Shown piece after piece: positions 1-10,088 of a stretch of DNA of 41,731 bases (positions within the stretch are counted from its first letter, which is position 1; each line of letters opens with the position of its first letter). Source of the DNA: Burkholderiales bacterium (GTDB taxonomy: Bacteria > Pseudomonadota > Gammaproteobacteria > Burkholderiales > SG8-41); the NCBI GenBank assembly GCA_037969525.1, contig JBBKXO010000152.1:1-41731 (forward strand). The letters are read 5' to 3'. The notes under the pieces are model-generated. The model was given only the letters and a program-made list of their open reading frames with translations, ran no database searches and was not told where the DNA came from. The translations under genes were made by a program, and so were the position numbers.

Positions 1-399
1 CAATGGCCCGGGGTTTCCCACGGGCGCAGGCAACGGTTCAAGCAATGTCTCGGGCGCGTCAGTATGTTCAGAGCCAGTCGCCACCACCTCATCTGCGACC
101 ACCGCCGGCTCCGGTCCGACAACCGGCTGGGGCTGCGGTTGAGCTGCCCGCGGCGGCGCGACCGGCCCGGCCACGGGCTCTGTTGCGGGCTTCAATTCTG
201 GGTTTGTTACAGCTGATTCGGGCATTGCGGGAGCAGCCGGTGCTGTCGCCGCCATTGCGGAATCCGGGGCCAGCGTCGCCAGCCCGTTGAATACCTGCAT
301 ACAGCGGCCGCAACGCACCTGGCCGCCGTGCGCCTGCAACTGCTCCGGCGTAATCCGGAATACGGTATGGCAATGCGCGCAACGGGTGATCAGCGACAT
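1..399 (-). CDS. Zinc-ribbon (MJ0042-type) / DUF3426-like protein, N-terminal 133 codons; 3' end lies beyond the window edge
   Basis: Absent from ORF track because there is no stop in the window. ATG at 397-399 (minus). My translation MSLITRCAHCHTVFRITPEQLQAHGGQVRCGRCMQVFNGL... has two CxxC pairs followed by a Pro/Ala-rich linker. The frame is open to position 1 and the gene starts 44 bp downstream of prmA. Confidence 0.6.
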   Translation of the reverse strand, partial: MSLITRCAHCHTVFRITPEQLQAHGGQVRCGRCMQVFNGLATLAPDSAMAATAPAAPAMPESAVTNPELKPATEPVAGPVAPPRAAQPQPQPVVGPEPAVVADEVVATGSEHTDAPETLLEPLPAPVGNPGPL

Positions 400-443
400 G
401 AGGCTACTTTACCAAGATACGGGGGTGCCGGCAGTGCTGGTGG

Positions 444-1334
444 CTATTTTCGCGTTCCCGTCAACAGGACCCAGCCTTCGTCTGTCGCCGCCTGTTGCAT
501 GTTGAAATTCACGGCGTAAGTTTCAATTACGGCCATCGCCTGCTCGACAAGAATTCCGGAAAGTGCGATACAGCCGCCAGACCGAGTCAAACGCGCCAGT
601 AGCGGCGCCAGCACGGTCAGCGGATTAGCCAGGATATTGGCAACAACAATCCGTGCCGGCGCTACCGGCGCGTCTTCAGCTCCGGCAAAAGTCACCGCCA
701 CCTTATTCTGTATCGCGTTGTAACGCGCTGCGACCAGGGCCTGCGGGTCAATATCCACACCGCAAGCACTCGCCGCGCCCAGTTTCATAGCAGCGATTGC
801 CAGTATTCCAGAGCCGCAGCCATAATCGAGTACATCCATTTGCGGCGTCACTACTGCATCCAGCCAGCGCAGGCACAACCGCGTTGTCGGATGCGCGCCG
901 GTACCGAACGCAACGCCAGGATCGAGTGCAATGTTGATTGCGTCTGCGTCGGGCGGAACGTGCCAGCTCGGCACCACCCACAGGCGTGAGGTGATTTGCA
1001 TCGGGTGGAACTGGCTCTGCGTCAGCCGCACCCAGTCGGCATCTTCTACGCGCTCAATGCTGAATGCCGCACTTGGCACCAGACCTGCCTCGCGTAATGC
1101 CTGAGGAATCATCGTATAAAGATCTGCATTAATCGCAAACAATGCGCCAACCCGGTTGCGCTGCCACCCGGTTGCAGGCACTTCTCCGGGCTCGCCAAAG
1201 ATCGGGCTCTCATCGCTGGTACCTGCAGCCGCATCCTGCACATCCACCGCCAGTGCGCCGGCAGCAAGCAACGCGTCCGACAGCGTTTCCACTGAATTCT
1301 CGTCTGTCAGGATGGTCGCGCTTAGCCAGGGCAT
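444..1334 (-). CDS. prmA: Ribosomal protein L11 methyltransferase
   Basis: 296-aa ORF with SAM-binding motif VLDYGCGSGILAI. Located directly after accB-accC, as is common in proteobacteria. Confidence 0.9.
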   Translation of the reverse strand: MPWLSATILTDENSVETLSDALLAAGALAVDVQDAAAGTSDESPIFGEPGEVPATGWQRNRVGALFAINADLYTMIPQALREAGLVPSAAFSIERVEDADWVRLTQSQFHPMQITSRLWVVPSWHVPPDADAINIALDPGVAFGTGAHPTTRLCLRWLDAVVTPQMDVLDYGCGSGILAIAAMKLGAASACGVDIDPQALVAARYNAIQNKVAVTFAGAEDAPVAPARIVVANILANPLTVLAPLLARLTRSGGCIALSGILVEQAMAVIETYAVNFNMQQAATDEGWVLLTGTRK

Positions 1335-1372
1335 TTACGGTCTGATTCGGAAAACCTGCGCACTGTACCGCG

Positions 1373-2728
1373 CTACTCGGCGCGGGTCAGCTTGGCAAGG
1401 CGCTCTTCAAGATAATGAATGCTGGTACCGCCGCGCTGGAATGCAGTGTCGCGCACCAGTTCCTGGTGCAGGGGCACGTTGGTCTTGATGCCTTCGATGA
1501 CCGTCTCCGACAGGGCGATCTGCAGGCGGGCCATGGCCTGTCTGCGGGTATCGCCGTAGGCAATGATCTTGCCGATCAGTGAGTCGTAATGGGGCGGCAC
1601 AAAATAGCCGGCGTAGGCATGGGAATCCACCCGGATGCCGGGCCCGCCCGGCATGTGCAGTGAAGTGATGCGTCCCGGCGACGGCGTGAATTTATGCGGG
1701 TCCTCGGCATTGATGCGACACTCTATCGCATGCCCCTGCAGCCTCACATCCTTCTGGCGTATGGTCAGTTTTTCCCCTGCCGCGACGCGTATCTGCAATT
1801 GCACAATGTCGAGACCGGTCACCAATTCAGTGACCGGGTGCTCGACCTGCAACCGGGTATTCATTTCGATGAAGTAGAACTCGCCGCCTTCGTAGAGGAA
1901 TTCGAACGTGCCCGCGCCCTCGTAACTGATTTTTCGGCAGGCCTCAGCGCAACGCTCGCCGATGCGCACACGCGCTTTCTCGTTAAGCAGCGGCGCCGGC
2001 GCCTCCTCGATGATCTTCTGGTGACGACGCTGCATTGAGCAATCGCGATCCCCCAGATAAAGCACGTTGCGGTGCTTGTCGGCAAGCACCTGAATCTCGA
2101 TATGGCGTGGTTTTTCGAGATACTTTTCCATGTAGACCGATGGATTGCCGAAAGCTGATTGGGCTTCAGCGCGCGTGGTGTGGACGGCATTCATCAGCGC
2201 GGCCTCGGTATGCACTACGCGCATGCCGCGCCCGCCGCCGCCGCCGGCCGCCTTGATGATCACCGGGTAGCCTATCTGGCGGGCAATCTTGACGGTTTCC
2301 TTGGCGTCTTCCGGCAGCGCGCCCTCCATGCCAGGCACCACGGGTATGCCGGCCTTCTTCATCGCATTCTTGGCGCTGACCTTGTCCCCCATCAGGCGGA
2401 TGGTTTCCGCCCTGGGACCGATGAACGTGAATCCGCTTTGCTCCACCCGCTCGGCAAAGTCAGCGTTCTCTGACAGGAATCCGTAGCCCGGATGGATAGC
2501 TTCGGCGTCCGTGACTTCCGCCGCTGCAATGATTGCCGGTACATTGAGATAACTTGCCGCCGAGGGCGCCGGACCGATGCACACCGATTCATCGGCCAGC
2601 CGCACGTACTTGGCCTCAGCATCTGCCTCGGAATGCACGACCACCGTCTTGATGCCCATTTCACGGCATGCGCGCTGGATACGCAGCGCGATCTCACCGC
2701 GATTGGCAATTAGAATTTTTTCAAACAT
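1373..2728 (-). CDS. accC: Acetyl-CoA carboxylase, biotin carboxylase subunit
   Basis: 451 aa with N-terminus [17 protein letters not shown], glycine loop GGGGRGMR and [14 protein letters not shown], all typical of biotin carboxylase. Confidence 0.97.
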   Translation of the reverse strand: MFEKILIANRGEIALRIQRACREMGIKTVVVHSEADAEAKYVRLADESVCIGPAPSAASYLNVPAIIAAAEVTDAEAIHPGYGFLSENADFAERVEQSGFTFIGPRAETIRLMGDKVSAKNAMKKAGIPVVPGMEGALPEDAKETVKIARQIGYPVIIKAAGGGGGRGMRVVHTEAALMNAVHTTRAEAQSAFGNPSVYMEKYLEKPRHIEIQVLADKHRNVLYLGDRDCSMQRRHQKIIEEAPAPLLNEKARVRIGERCAEACRKISYEGAGTFEFLYEGGEFYFIEMNTRLQVEHPVTELVTGLDIVQLQIRVAAGEKLTIRQKDVRLQGHAIECRINAEDPHKFTPSPGRITSLHMPGGPGIRVDSHAYAGYFVPPHYDSLIGKIIAYGDTRRQAMARLQIALSETVIEGIKTNVPLHQELVRDTAFQRGGTSIHYLEERLAKLTRAE

Positions 2729-2819
2729 GCGTTCTGCAGACCCTTAGCGCTGCGCAAATCTCCGGGGAGGCTACAACCATCAGCGCTTCCGGCGTGACTT
2801 GCGGCTGGCGTTGATAAAT

Positions 2820-3278
2820 TCAGCCTATGAGAAACAGCGGCTGCCCGTATTCCACTGGTTGGCCGTTTTCTACAAGTATGGCTTTGATGACGCCATCAAT
2901 ATCGGCTTCGATTTCATTGAGTAGTTTCATGGCCTCAATGATGCACACCGTTTCGCCGCTTTTTACGGCCTGCCCAATCTCGATAAAAGGTTTGGCGCCC
3001 GGTCCGGAGGAGCGGTAAAACGTGCCGACCATCGGCGATTTCAGCACGTGTCCTTCGGGTTCGGTGGGTGCCACATCCGCTTCGGCTGTTATTCCCGCCG
3101 CTTCCGTAACCGGCGCGGCGGTTACAGGTACTGCCATGCCTTGCGGCGCAGGTGCCGCCGCCCCGGGCGCGCCAAAACGGCTGATGCGCACCCTTTCCTC
3201 ACCCTCGGTGATCTCGAGTTCGGCTATGCCGGACTGCTGCACGAGGTCAATCAATGTTTTCAGTTTCCGCAGATCCAT
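2820..3278 (-). CDS. accB: Acetyl-CoA carboxylase, biotin carboxyl carrier protein
   Basis: 152 aa with an Ala/Pro-rich linker and the biotinylation motif [11 protein letters not shown]. Immediately upstream of accC. Confidence 0.95.
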   Translation of the reverse strand: MDLRKLKTLIDLVQQSGIAELEITEGEERVRISRFGAPGAAAPAPQGMAVPVTAAPVTEAAGITAEADVAPTEPEGHVLKSPMVGTFYRSSGPGAKPFIEIGQAVKSGETVCIIEAMKLLNEIEADIDGVIKAILVENGQPVEYGQPLFLIG

Positions 3279-3281
3279 GAC

Positions 3282-3734
3282 TCAGCCCTTGTTGGTGTGG
3301 CGCAGCGCGTAATCGAAGGCCAGTTCGTAACCGTCCGGCCCGAGTCCGCTGACAACGCCGACTGCTATATCGGAAAAATAGGACTCACGGCGAAACGCCT
3401 CCCGTGCAAATACATTGGACAAATGGATTTCCACGAAAGGAATCGCAACCGCCGCCAAGGCGTCGCGCAGGGCCACGCTGGTGTGGGTATAGGCCGCCGG
3501 ATTGATCAGTATGAAATCGACGCCATCCCGCCCCGCTTGCTGCACCCGCTCAACCAGCTCCGCCTCAGCGTTACTCTGAAAAGTCTCCAACGACACTCCT
3601 GCAGCATGGGCGCGCTCCTGCAACCGGCGCTCGATTTCTGCGAGTGTCGTCGCACCATAAATTCCCGGTTCCCGCGTGCCCAGCAGATTAAGGATGGGCC
3701 CGTTGAGTAACAGCAGATTCTTCGGAGTGGTCAT
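3282..3734 (-). CDS. aroQ: Type II 3-dehydroquinate dehydratase
   Basis: ORF-track entry 3282..3797 trimmed to the internal ATG at 3732-3734 ([23 protein letters not shown]...). This gives the normal ~150-aa AroQ. The HLSNV...RE motif is present. Confidence 0.9.
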   Translation of the reverse strand: MTTPKNLLLLNGPILNLLGTREPGIYGATTLAEIERRLQERAHAAGVSLETFQSNAEAELVERVQQAGRDGVDFILINPAAYTHTSVALRDALAAVAIPFVEIHLSNVFAREAFRRESYFSDIAVGVVSGLGPDGYELAFDYALRHTNKG

Positions 3735-3849
3735 GGGCTTGAATGGATACCGCTTATAATTACCGCGCTCTTGCACGGTAGCGCTGACTATACGCATGCT
3801 GCGCCAGTCACCGACAAGGTCACTTGGAGCAAGTTGGCGGATTTTGCAT

Positions 3850-3877
3850 TAAGTTATACGACAATGTCTATAACTTA
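3850..3877. promoter_or_regulatory. Perfect 9-bp inverted repeat TAAGTTATA-N10-TATAACTTA in the aroQ-accBC upstream region (candidate operator)
   Basis: Read directly: arms at 3850-3858 and 3869-3877 with spacer CGACAATGTC. It lies in the AT-richer 322-bp gap between the tlpA-like stop and the aroQ start. Confidence 0.25.
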
Positions 3878-4119
3878 CCCACATTTTAACCGAAGTCGCT
3901 AGATAGGGCTTGCTCGCGCCCACCCCGACGCCACGCCGCCAAGATTGCCCACCTGTTCACACCCAATATCCCATAAATTAGGCCTGCGGCCGCCCTCTCG
4001 ATTTAACTGGAATAAGCGTGAAATGCAGGATTTTATAGGGCTATTGCCATCAATTAACGGCAGACCCCTGGGTTCACTGTAAGCCGGAACAGCGTAAATA
4101 CAACCGCAAACACCAACGT

Positions 4120-4656
4120 CTACAGCAACGGTGCGAGCGCCTGACGCAGACGCACCTCAGATATGCCGCCAACAAGGTTGACGGCAATCTTGCCTTCACG
4201 ATTCATGATTAGGGTATAGGGCAGCACCCCTGCGGTATTGCCGGCATGGCGCGATAAATCCACGGCATCTACTCCACCGATGAGCAGCGGATAGTTAATG
4301 CCGAACTCACGCGCAAAATCGCGGACTTTATCGGCTTGATCGATGGCGATCCCTACAAACTGTACGCCCTTGTCGCCGTATTCGTCCTGCAGCCTGACAA
4401 ACAACGGGATTTCTTCGCGGCAAGGCGCACACCAGGTGGCCCAATAATTGATGATCAAAATCCGGCCGCGGAAACCGGCCAGCGTCTGCTCGCTACCGTC
4501 GAGGGTCGTCAGCCGGCTGCCAAGAATCGCTGCCGCCGCCTCATCTGTCGCTGACAATCCCAAACTGCCGATACGCCACAGGTGGGCGTAGTAACCCGCC
4601 ATGGCCGCCAATCCACCCACCCCGGCAATCAGCAGCGACCGCCGCAACGGCGTCAC
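4120..4656 (-). CDS. Periplasmic thiol:disulfide oxidoreductase, TlpA/ResA-like thioredoxin-fold protein
   Basis: 178 aa with an N-terminal hydrophobic anchor and active site WATWCAPCREE. The GTG start overlaps the dsbD stop (GTGA), which suggests translational coupling. Confidence 0.85.
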   Translation of the reverse strand: MTPLRRSLLIAGVGGLAAMAGYYAHLWRIGSLGLSATDEAAAAILGSRLTTLDGSEQTLAGFRGRILIINYWATWCAPCREEIPLFVRLQDEYGDKGVQFVGIAIDQADKVRDFAREFGINYPLLIGGVDAVDLSRHAGNTAGVLPYTLIMNREGKIAVNLVGGISEVRLRQALAPLL

Positions 4657-6482
4657 CGTGCGCCCAAGGCCTGATCCAGCACCGCCGTGAATTTATCCGC
4701 CGCCTGGAAACCGATGACTCGCAGGCCCGGAATTTCACGGCCTGCCACATCAAAAAATACGATGCCGGGCGGGCCGAACAACCTGAACCGCTGCAGCAGC
4801 GCCCGGTGCTCCGCGCTACCCGCGGTCACATCCGCCTGAATTTTTACCATCCGCGCGAGCCGCGCCTGCACGCCAGCATCGGAAAATGTGTAGCGCTCCA
4901 TTTCCTTGCAGCTAACGCACCAGTCGGCATAAAAATCGAGCATCACGATCTTGCCCTGCGCAGTACTGATCGCGGCGTCGAGTTCCGTAAGGCTGGATAC
5001 CCGCTGGAATGCAACCGCTCCCCCAGGCTTGCCCGCCTCGGTCACGGACCCGCGCAGCCCGGAAAGCGGTTGCAGCACATCGCGGCTGCCGGACAGCGCA
5101 CCGACCAGATAGGCGATACCGGCAACCAGGGCGATTACGCCGACGCCCTTGCTAAAGCGGACAAAACCGCGACTGGCAGGGGGCAGCGGATCAATCGCCC
5201 GCAGGTGGATTGCCGTCAGTATCAGCAAGGCCGCCCAGGCCAGCATCTGCACGGCTACAGGAATCACCGGTGACACCAGATAAATGGCGACCGCAAGCAG
5301 CATGACACCAAAAAATCGCTTGATCGTCTCCATCCACGGACCAGACTTAGGCAACAGGGCCCCGGCCGAAGCGCCGACGATCAGCAGCGGCACACCCATA
5401 CCCAGGGCCATAGCAAACAGCGCGATGCCGCCGAGCACAGCGTTGCCGCTTTGCGAGATATAGAGCAGGGCGCCTGCCAGCGGCGCAGCAACACAGGGGC
5501 CGACGATCAGCGCCGACAACACGCCCATCGCAAACACGCCGGTGTAATGCCCACCGTGCAGCCTGCTGCTGGCGCCGGCCAGCCGCGACTGCAGCGAGGC
5601 CGGCAATTGCAATTCATAAAAACCGAACATAGACAGCGCCAGCACGACGAATACAGCAGCGAAAGAGCCGAGTACCCATGGATTTTGCAATGCCGCCGAG
5701 AGCAGCGCCCCGGACATCCCCGCGGCCACACCGGCCAGCGCGTAGGTAATGGCCATGCCCAGCACATAGATCCCGGACAACAGCAATCCGCGCGCACGGG
5801 TCAGCTGGTGGCCGTGTCCGACGATAATGCCCGAGAGTATCGGCACCATAGGCAGCACACAGGGCGTGAATGACAACAACAGGCCGAAAGCAAAAAAACT
5901 GATGATCAGCACCCAGGCTTCGCCATGGAACAATCCGGCAATCAGGTCATCTTCGCCCTGTGCCGGCGGGGTGCTTCCGGTCGCGGCGCCTTGCGACCCG
6001 GAAAACAGGCGTGATAGCCCGCTATCACCGGATCCTGGGGCGCCGGCAGCAGAGCTGATCGAAGCCGGCCGCAATTCGGCTTGCTGTTCTACAGGGACAT
6101 AACAAACGCCGACATCGGCACAGCCCTGCGATACCGCGGTTAGTACCGCCCGCTCTGGCTGTCCGTCGCTTTGGATGGGCAGCGTGATGCGCACTTCGTT
6201 GCGGTACACCTCGGTTTCACCGAAGAATTCGTCCTTCTTCAGTTTGCCGGGCGGCAATTGCGGCTCACCCCGCGCCAGTGACGCCGGCTCTAGGGTAAAC
6301 CGGAACTTGTCGCGGTACATGTAATAGCCCGGTGCGATTACGTAGCGTACCTCTACGGTTTCCGGACCGGCGACACGCGCACTGAATGCGAATGCTTTTT
6401 CCGGCTCAAGCAGCACCGGTTCGGCTGCCTGGGTAAACCCGGAGCACGACAGTAGCAATATGGCCAGCCAGCGAATAAACAT
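4653..6482 (-). CDS. dsbD: Thiol:disulfide interchange protein DsbD
   Basis: 609 aa with a signal peptide, a central polytopic membrane domain containing a conserved Cys (FTPCVLPM) and a C-terminal thioredoxin domain (YADWCVSCKEME). Confidence 0.9.
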   Translation of the reverse strand: MFIRWLAILLLSCSGFTQAAEPVLLEPEKAFAFSARVAGPETVEVRYVIAPGYYMYRDKFRFTLEPASLARGEPQLPPGKLKKDEFFGETEVYRNEVRITLPIQSDGQPERAVLTAVSQGCADVGVCYVPVEQQAELRPASISSAAGAPGSGDSGLSRLFSGSQGAATGSTPPAQGEDDLIAGLFHGEAWVLIISFFAFGLLLSFTPCVLPMVPILSGIIVGHGHQLTRARGLLLSGIYVLGMAITYALAGVAAGMSGALLSAALQNPWVLGSFAAVFVVLALSMFGFYELQLPASLQSRLAGASSRLHGGHYTGVFAMGVLSALIVGPCVAAPLAGALLYISQSGNAVLGGIALFAMALGMGVPLLIVGASAGALLPKSGPWMETIKRFFGVMLLAVAIYLVSPVIPVAVQMLAWAALLILTAIHLRAIDPLPPASRGFVRFSKGVGVIALVAGIAYLVGALSGSRDVLQPLSGLRGSVTEAGKPGGAVAFQRVSSLTELDAAISTAQGKIVMLDFYADWCVSCKEMERYTFSDAGVQARLARMVKIQADVTAGSAEHRALLQRFRLFGPPGIVFFDVAGREIPGLRVIGFQAADKFTAVLDQALGAR

Positions 6483-6517
6483 GGTTAATGCAGGGTTGAA
6501 AATGGAGGGGTGGGGCT

Positions 6518-6847
6518 TTAGGCGGTTTCGCCGGTCACCCAGTCGAGATAATCGGGCAAACCGCGCGCCAATGGGACCGCGATGATCTCTGGAAGTTCAT
6601 AAGGGTGATGACTGCGAATAACCGATTCGAGTTCGGCGTAGCGCCGCACTGTCGTCTTGATCAGCACCGGCACCTCGGCGGCTTCCGTCAAGTCTCCGCG
6701 CCAGCGGTACACTGAATCGCAGGGTGCGAGCACGTTGACGCATGCCGCCAGCCGCGATTCAACCAGCAATTGCGCCAGTTTCCGTGCGGCAGCCCGATCC
6801 GGCAGCGTTGACAGCACCAGCAGCACCTGCTCGTCTTCAGCGGACAT
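6518..6847 (-). CDS. cutA: Divalent-cation tolerance protein CutA
   Basis: 109 aa; CutA1-like sequence (...AACVNVL...SVYRW.G...) and the classical cutA-dsbD adjacency. Confidence 0.85.
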   Translation of the reverse strand: MSAEDEQVLLVLSTLPDRAAARKLAQLLVESRLAACVNVLAPCDSVYRWRGDLTEAAEVPVLIKTTVRRYAELESVIRSHHPYELPEIIAVPLARGLPDYLDWVTGETA

Positions 6848-7727
6848 GGCGCAACTCCTGACTCACCGCGGCGTCTATGCCATCGCGCACGTTCGGATAG
6901 CGCAAACGTACGCCCAGCTCCTGCTTGACACGGTAGTTGACGAGGCGCCGCGACTCGCTCATGAACGAATACAAATTCTCAGGCAGCACGGACCGCGCCT
7001 CGGAACGCGCCACGCGCGGCGGACGCGGCAGGCTGTATCGATCCGCCACCAGGTCAAAGTAGTCGCCCATTTTCTGCGGAGCGTCATCGCTGGCGTTGTA
7101 GCTGCGATTGGCCTGGCCGTGATGCAAGGCCGCAACCACGATGCGCGCAAGGTCATCGGCATGAACATGATTCACATAGGTATCGTCTTGCGGCAGCAAC
7201 GCCGGTGTGCCGCGCTTGATACGCGTCACCGGCAATCGGTCCGCCGCATAGATTCCCGGCACCCGCAGCACGCTGACGCGTACACCGCTGCGCACGCCCC
7301 ATGCCCGCAGCCGGCGTTCGGCATCAACACGGCGGCGGGCGCGGTCGGTCTGTGGCCGCAACGGACTGGTCTCGTTAACCAACGCTCCATTGCAGTCGCC
7401 ATAGACACCGCTCGTACTGATATAGACAAAGTGCTGTGGTAAACTCCGGGCCCTGCCCAGTGCCGCAATCAGATGCGCCGTTCGCGTATCAGCAATGCCA
7501 CCGGCAGGCGGTGGAGCGAGATGAATCACGTCGTGCGCAAGTCCGGACAAACCGGCCAGCGTATCAGGCAGGTCCAGATTGCCAAACAGCGGAATCAAGC
7601 CGTGTTGACGCAGAGCAGCAAGTCGCTCGGCACTGTGGGTCAGCGCATAAATTCGATAGCGCGTACGCAGCAATAGAGCAACGCGCAAACCCACATCACC
7701 GCAACCGATGATCAGCAGGCGCCTCAT
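6837..7727 (-). CDS. NAD(P)-binding SDR / epimerase-dehydratase family oxidoreductase
   Basis: 296 aa with an N-terminal Rossmann motif LLIIGCGDVG and an extended-SDR-like body (YISTSGVYGD). Specific function not assignable. Confidence 0.7.
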   Translation of the reverse strand: MRRLLIIGCGDVGLRVALLLRTRYRIYALTHSAERLAALRQHGLIPLFGNLDLPDTLAGLSGLAHDVIHLAPPPAGGIADTRTAHLIAALGRARSLPQHFVYISTSGVYGDCNGALVNETSPLRPQTDRARRRVDAERRLRAWGVRSGVRVSVLRVPGIYAADRLPVTRIKRGTPALLPQDDTYVNHVHADDLARIVVAALHHGQANRSYNASDDAPQKMGDYFDLVADRYSLPRPPRVARSEARSVLPENLYSFMSESRRLVNYRVKQELGVRLRYPNVRDGIDAAVSQELRHVR

Positions 7728-7799
7728 GATGTAGTGTCGCGCTTCATAGAGTGTCGTATTCTAGCTTAGCCACCCCATCCCGAACTCCTAACAACCACC

Positions 7800-8810
7800 A
7801 TGTCCCGGCAAATCACCATCCAGCCCAGCGGCCATATTTTCCATGCTCTTGACGGCGAAAGCGTGCTGGAGGCAGCGCTGCGTGAAGGTTTCATGCTGCC
7901 CTACGGATGCCGTAACGGTGCCTGCGGATCTTGCAAGGGAATGGTGATCGAAGGCACGATCGACCACGGCAAATCCCAGGACTCTGCGCTGCCCGATGCC
8001 GAACGCGCGCTGGGCAAGGCGTTATTCTGTCAGGCCATGCCCGGCTCCGACCTGATCATTGAATGCCGCGAGATCGGTGCAGCCAAGGACATTCCGGTGA
8101 AAACGCTGCCATGCCGGGTGCAAACTCTGGAATTGGTGGCGCCTGATGTGATGCGCATCCGGTTGCGCCTGCCGTCTGCAGAGCGCATGCAGTTTCTCGC
8201 CGGCCAGTACATCGACATACTGCTGAAAGACGGCACGCGCCGCAGCCTGTCAATGGCAAATCCGCCGCATGATGACAGTCTGCTTGAACTGCATCTGCGT
8301 AATTACGGCGGCTCGTTTAGTGAGCATGTATTCACCCGCATGAAGGAAAAGGACATCCTGCGTTTTGAGGGCCCGCTGGGCACTTTTTATCTGCGCGAGG
8401 ACAGCGACAAGCCGCTGGTTCTGTTAGCGGGCGGAACCGGGTTCGCACCGATCAAGGCCATCATTGAACACGCCATACACAACCAGATCAGCCGGCCGAT
8501 GACGCTGTATCGAGGAGCGCGGCGAGCCGCCGATCTCTATCTGAACGAGTTACCTGAACAGTGGCAGCGCGAACACGGCGTCACATACATCCCGGTTCTG
8601 TCCGATGCCCTCCCCGACGACGGGTGGACAGGACGTCAGGGACTGGTGCACCACGCGGTCATGGAAGATCTGCACGACCTGTCGGGTTACGAGGTCTATG
8701 CCTGCGGCGCACCGGCAATGATAGACGCTGCGCTGCGCGACTTCAGCGAGCGCTGCGGCCTGCCAGATGCCGCATTTCACGCCGACGCATTCACCCCTGC
8801 CGTCAAATAA
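7800..8810 (+). CDS. 2Fe-2S ferredoxin / FAD / NAD(P)H oxidoreductase (AscD- or Fre-like reductase)
   Basis: 336 aa with a plant-type ferredoxin motif CRNGACGSCK...C, flavin-binding RSLSMAN and an NAD(P) motif LLAGGTGFAP. Confidence 0.8.
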   Translation: MSRQITIQPSGHIFHALDGESVLEAALREGFMLPYGCRNGACGSCKGMVIEGTIDHGKSQDSALPDAERALGKALFCQAMPGSDLIIECREIGAAKDIPVKTLPCRVQTLELVAPDVMRIRLRLPSAERMQFLAGQYIDILLKDGTRRSLSMANPPHDDSLLELHLRNYGGSFSEHVFTRMKEKDILRFEGPLGTFYLREDSDKPLVLLAGGTGFAPIKAIIEHAIHNQISRPMTLYRGARRAADLYLNELPEQWQREHGVTYIPVLSDALPDDGWTGRQGLVHHAVMEDLHDLSGYEVYACGAPAMIDAALRDFSERCGLPDAAFHADAFTPAVK

Positions 8811-8819
8811 TGCAGTGGA

Positions 8820-10019
8820 TCAGGGCGAATTGCGCCCGCTGGCGGCACTTTTGATCCGACCCACGGCTAGGTCCAGACTCGCACGATATTGAATGTTGGC
8901 GTCATCGACACGACCCAATCGCTCGTGCAGTTGCGCAAGCTCGTAGTGCGCGGAATAGGTGGGTTCTACGGACAGGCTGGCCTCCAGATAACTCTGCGCC
9001 TTGCCCCACAATTGCTGCTGGGCGCACAATCGTCCCAGCGTGAGCAGCAGGGTGCTGTCCTCGCGATGATCCCGCAGCCAGCGTTCGGCGCGCTCTATCT
9101 GCCGCAGTGCATCGACAGCGCCACAGTCCCCGTAAAGACTGACCAGCCCACTGTCCCATTCCTTATCCAGACTGCGCTCAATGACCGCCTGCGCCTCTTT
9201 GCACTGGCCCAGCGCGTGAAACGCTGCCGCTGCGGTGCCGGCTACCGTGGTATCCCGACGGTAGCGATCAGGCACCCGTTTCCAGTTTTCAACGAGATCG
9301 GCCGCATCGGTTTGGTGCTCGATCAGTTGCTGCCAGGCGTGGCGTCGTTCGGCATCGGCCTGTTCCGGGCTGAACACTCCGCGTTTTTCAAGTGGATCGA
9401 TCAGCGCAGGCACGAGATCCCATTGTCCGATGCGCTGACGGGCACGCAGTTCGAGACGCAACGCAGCCGTATGTTTTTTGGGCAAAACCGCCAGCGCCAC
9501 CAGCGCCTCTTCCGGTCGCCGTTCATCCAGCAGCATCTGCGCCCTGCTGATAACTAGCGCGGGGTCGGGCTTTTTCGGATTAATGTCGACCTGATCGAGA
9601 TAGCGATCGCGCCGCTCTGACGCGCGCAACTCATGCGCGGCATGTGCCGCAATCACTGCACCCAGGTCCGCGGGCTCACCCCTGGCTACTGCACGGTTCA
9701 CGGTTTTTTCCGCCCGGGCATAACGGCCGGCAAAAAACTCGCGCAGCGCTTCGACCAACGCACTGTGCGCAGATTCACGGCGTCGCGCCGCGCGGAATCG
9801 GGCGACCCGCGCCGGCAATTCGAGGGCGGTGGCAAGCAGGCGCACCAGCAGATAAAACAGCATGAACCCGAGGATCAGCAGCATCAGTGCAAAGTTCAGC
9901 GACAGTTCAACGCGCTGCCCGGGCAGCGCAAACAGCACATACCCGGTATTAAGCCGCGCCAGCAGCGTCAGTCCGGTCGCCAGCCCGCCCAATATAAATA
10001 TCCAGATTAGCCAGCGCAT
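8820..10019 (-). CDS. hemY: HemY-like TPR membrane protein
   Basis: 399 aa with two N-terminal TM segments followed by TPR-like repeats. Last gene of the hemCDXY arrangement. Confidence 0.75.
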   Translation of the reverse strand: MRWLIWIFILGGLATGLTLLARLNTGYVLFALPGQRVELSLNFALMLLILGFMLFYLLVRLLATALELPARVARFRAARRRESAHSALVEALREFFAGRYARAEKTVNRAVARGEPADLGAVIAAHAAHELRASERRDRYLDQVDINPKKPDPALVISRAQMLLDERRPEEALVALAVLPKKHTAALRLELRARQRIGQWDLVPALIDPLEKRGVFSPEQADAERRHAWQQLIEHQTDAADLVENWKRVPDRYRRDTTVAGTAAAAFHALGQCKEAQAVIERSLDKEWDSGLVSLYGDCGAVDALRQIERAERWLRDHREDSTLLLTLGRLCAQQQLWGKAQSYLEASLSVEPTYSAHYELAQLHERLGRVDDANIQYRASLDLAVGRIKSAASGRNSP

Positions 10020-10088
10020 CGCGGTCTTTTTTCAGAACTGTGAAATTGTCGCAGCATTAGCATCGCCCGCCCGAAACGGCGGCAGTGA

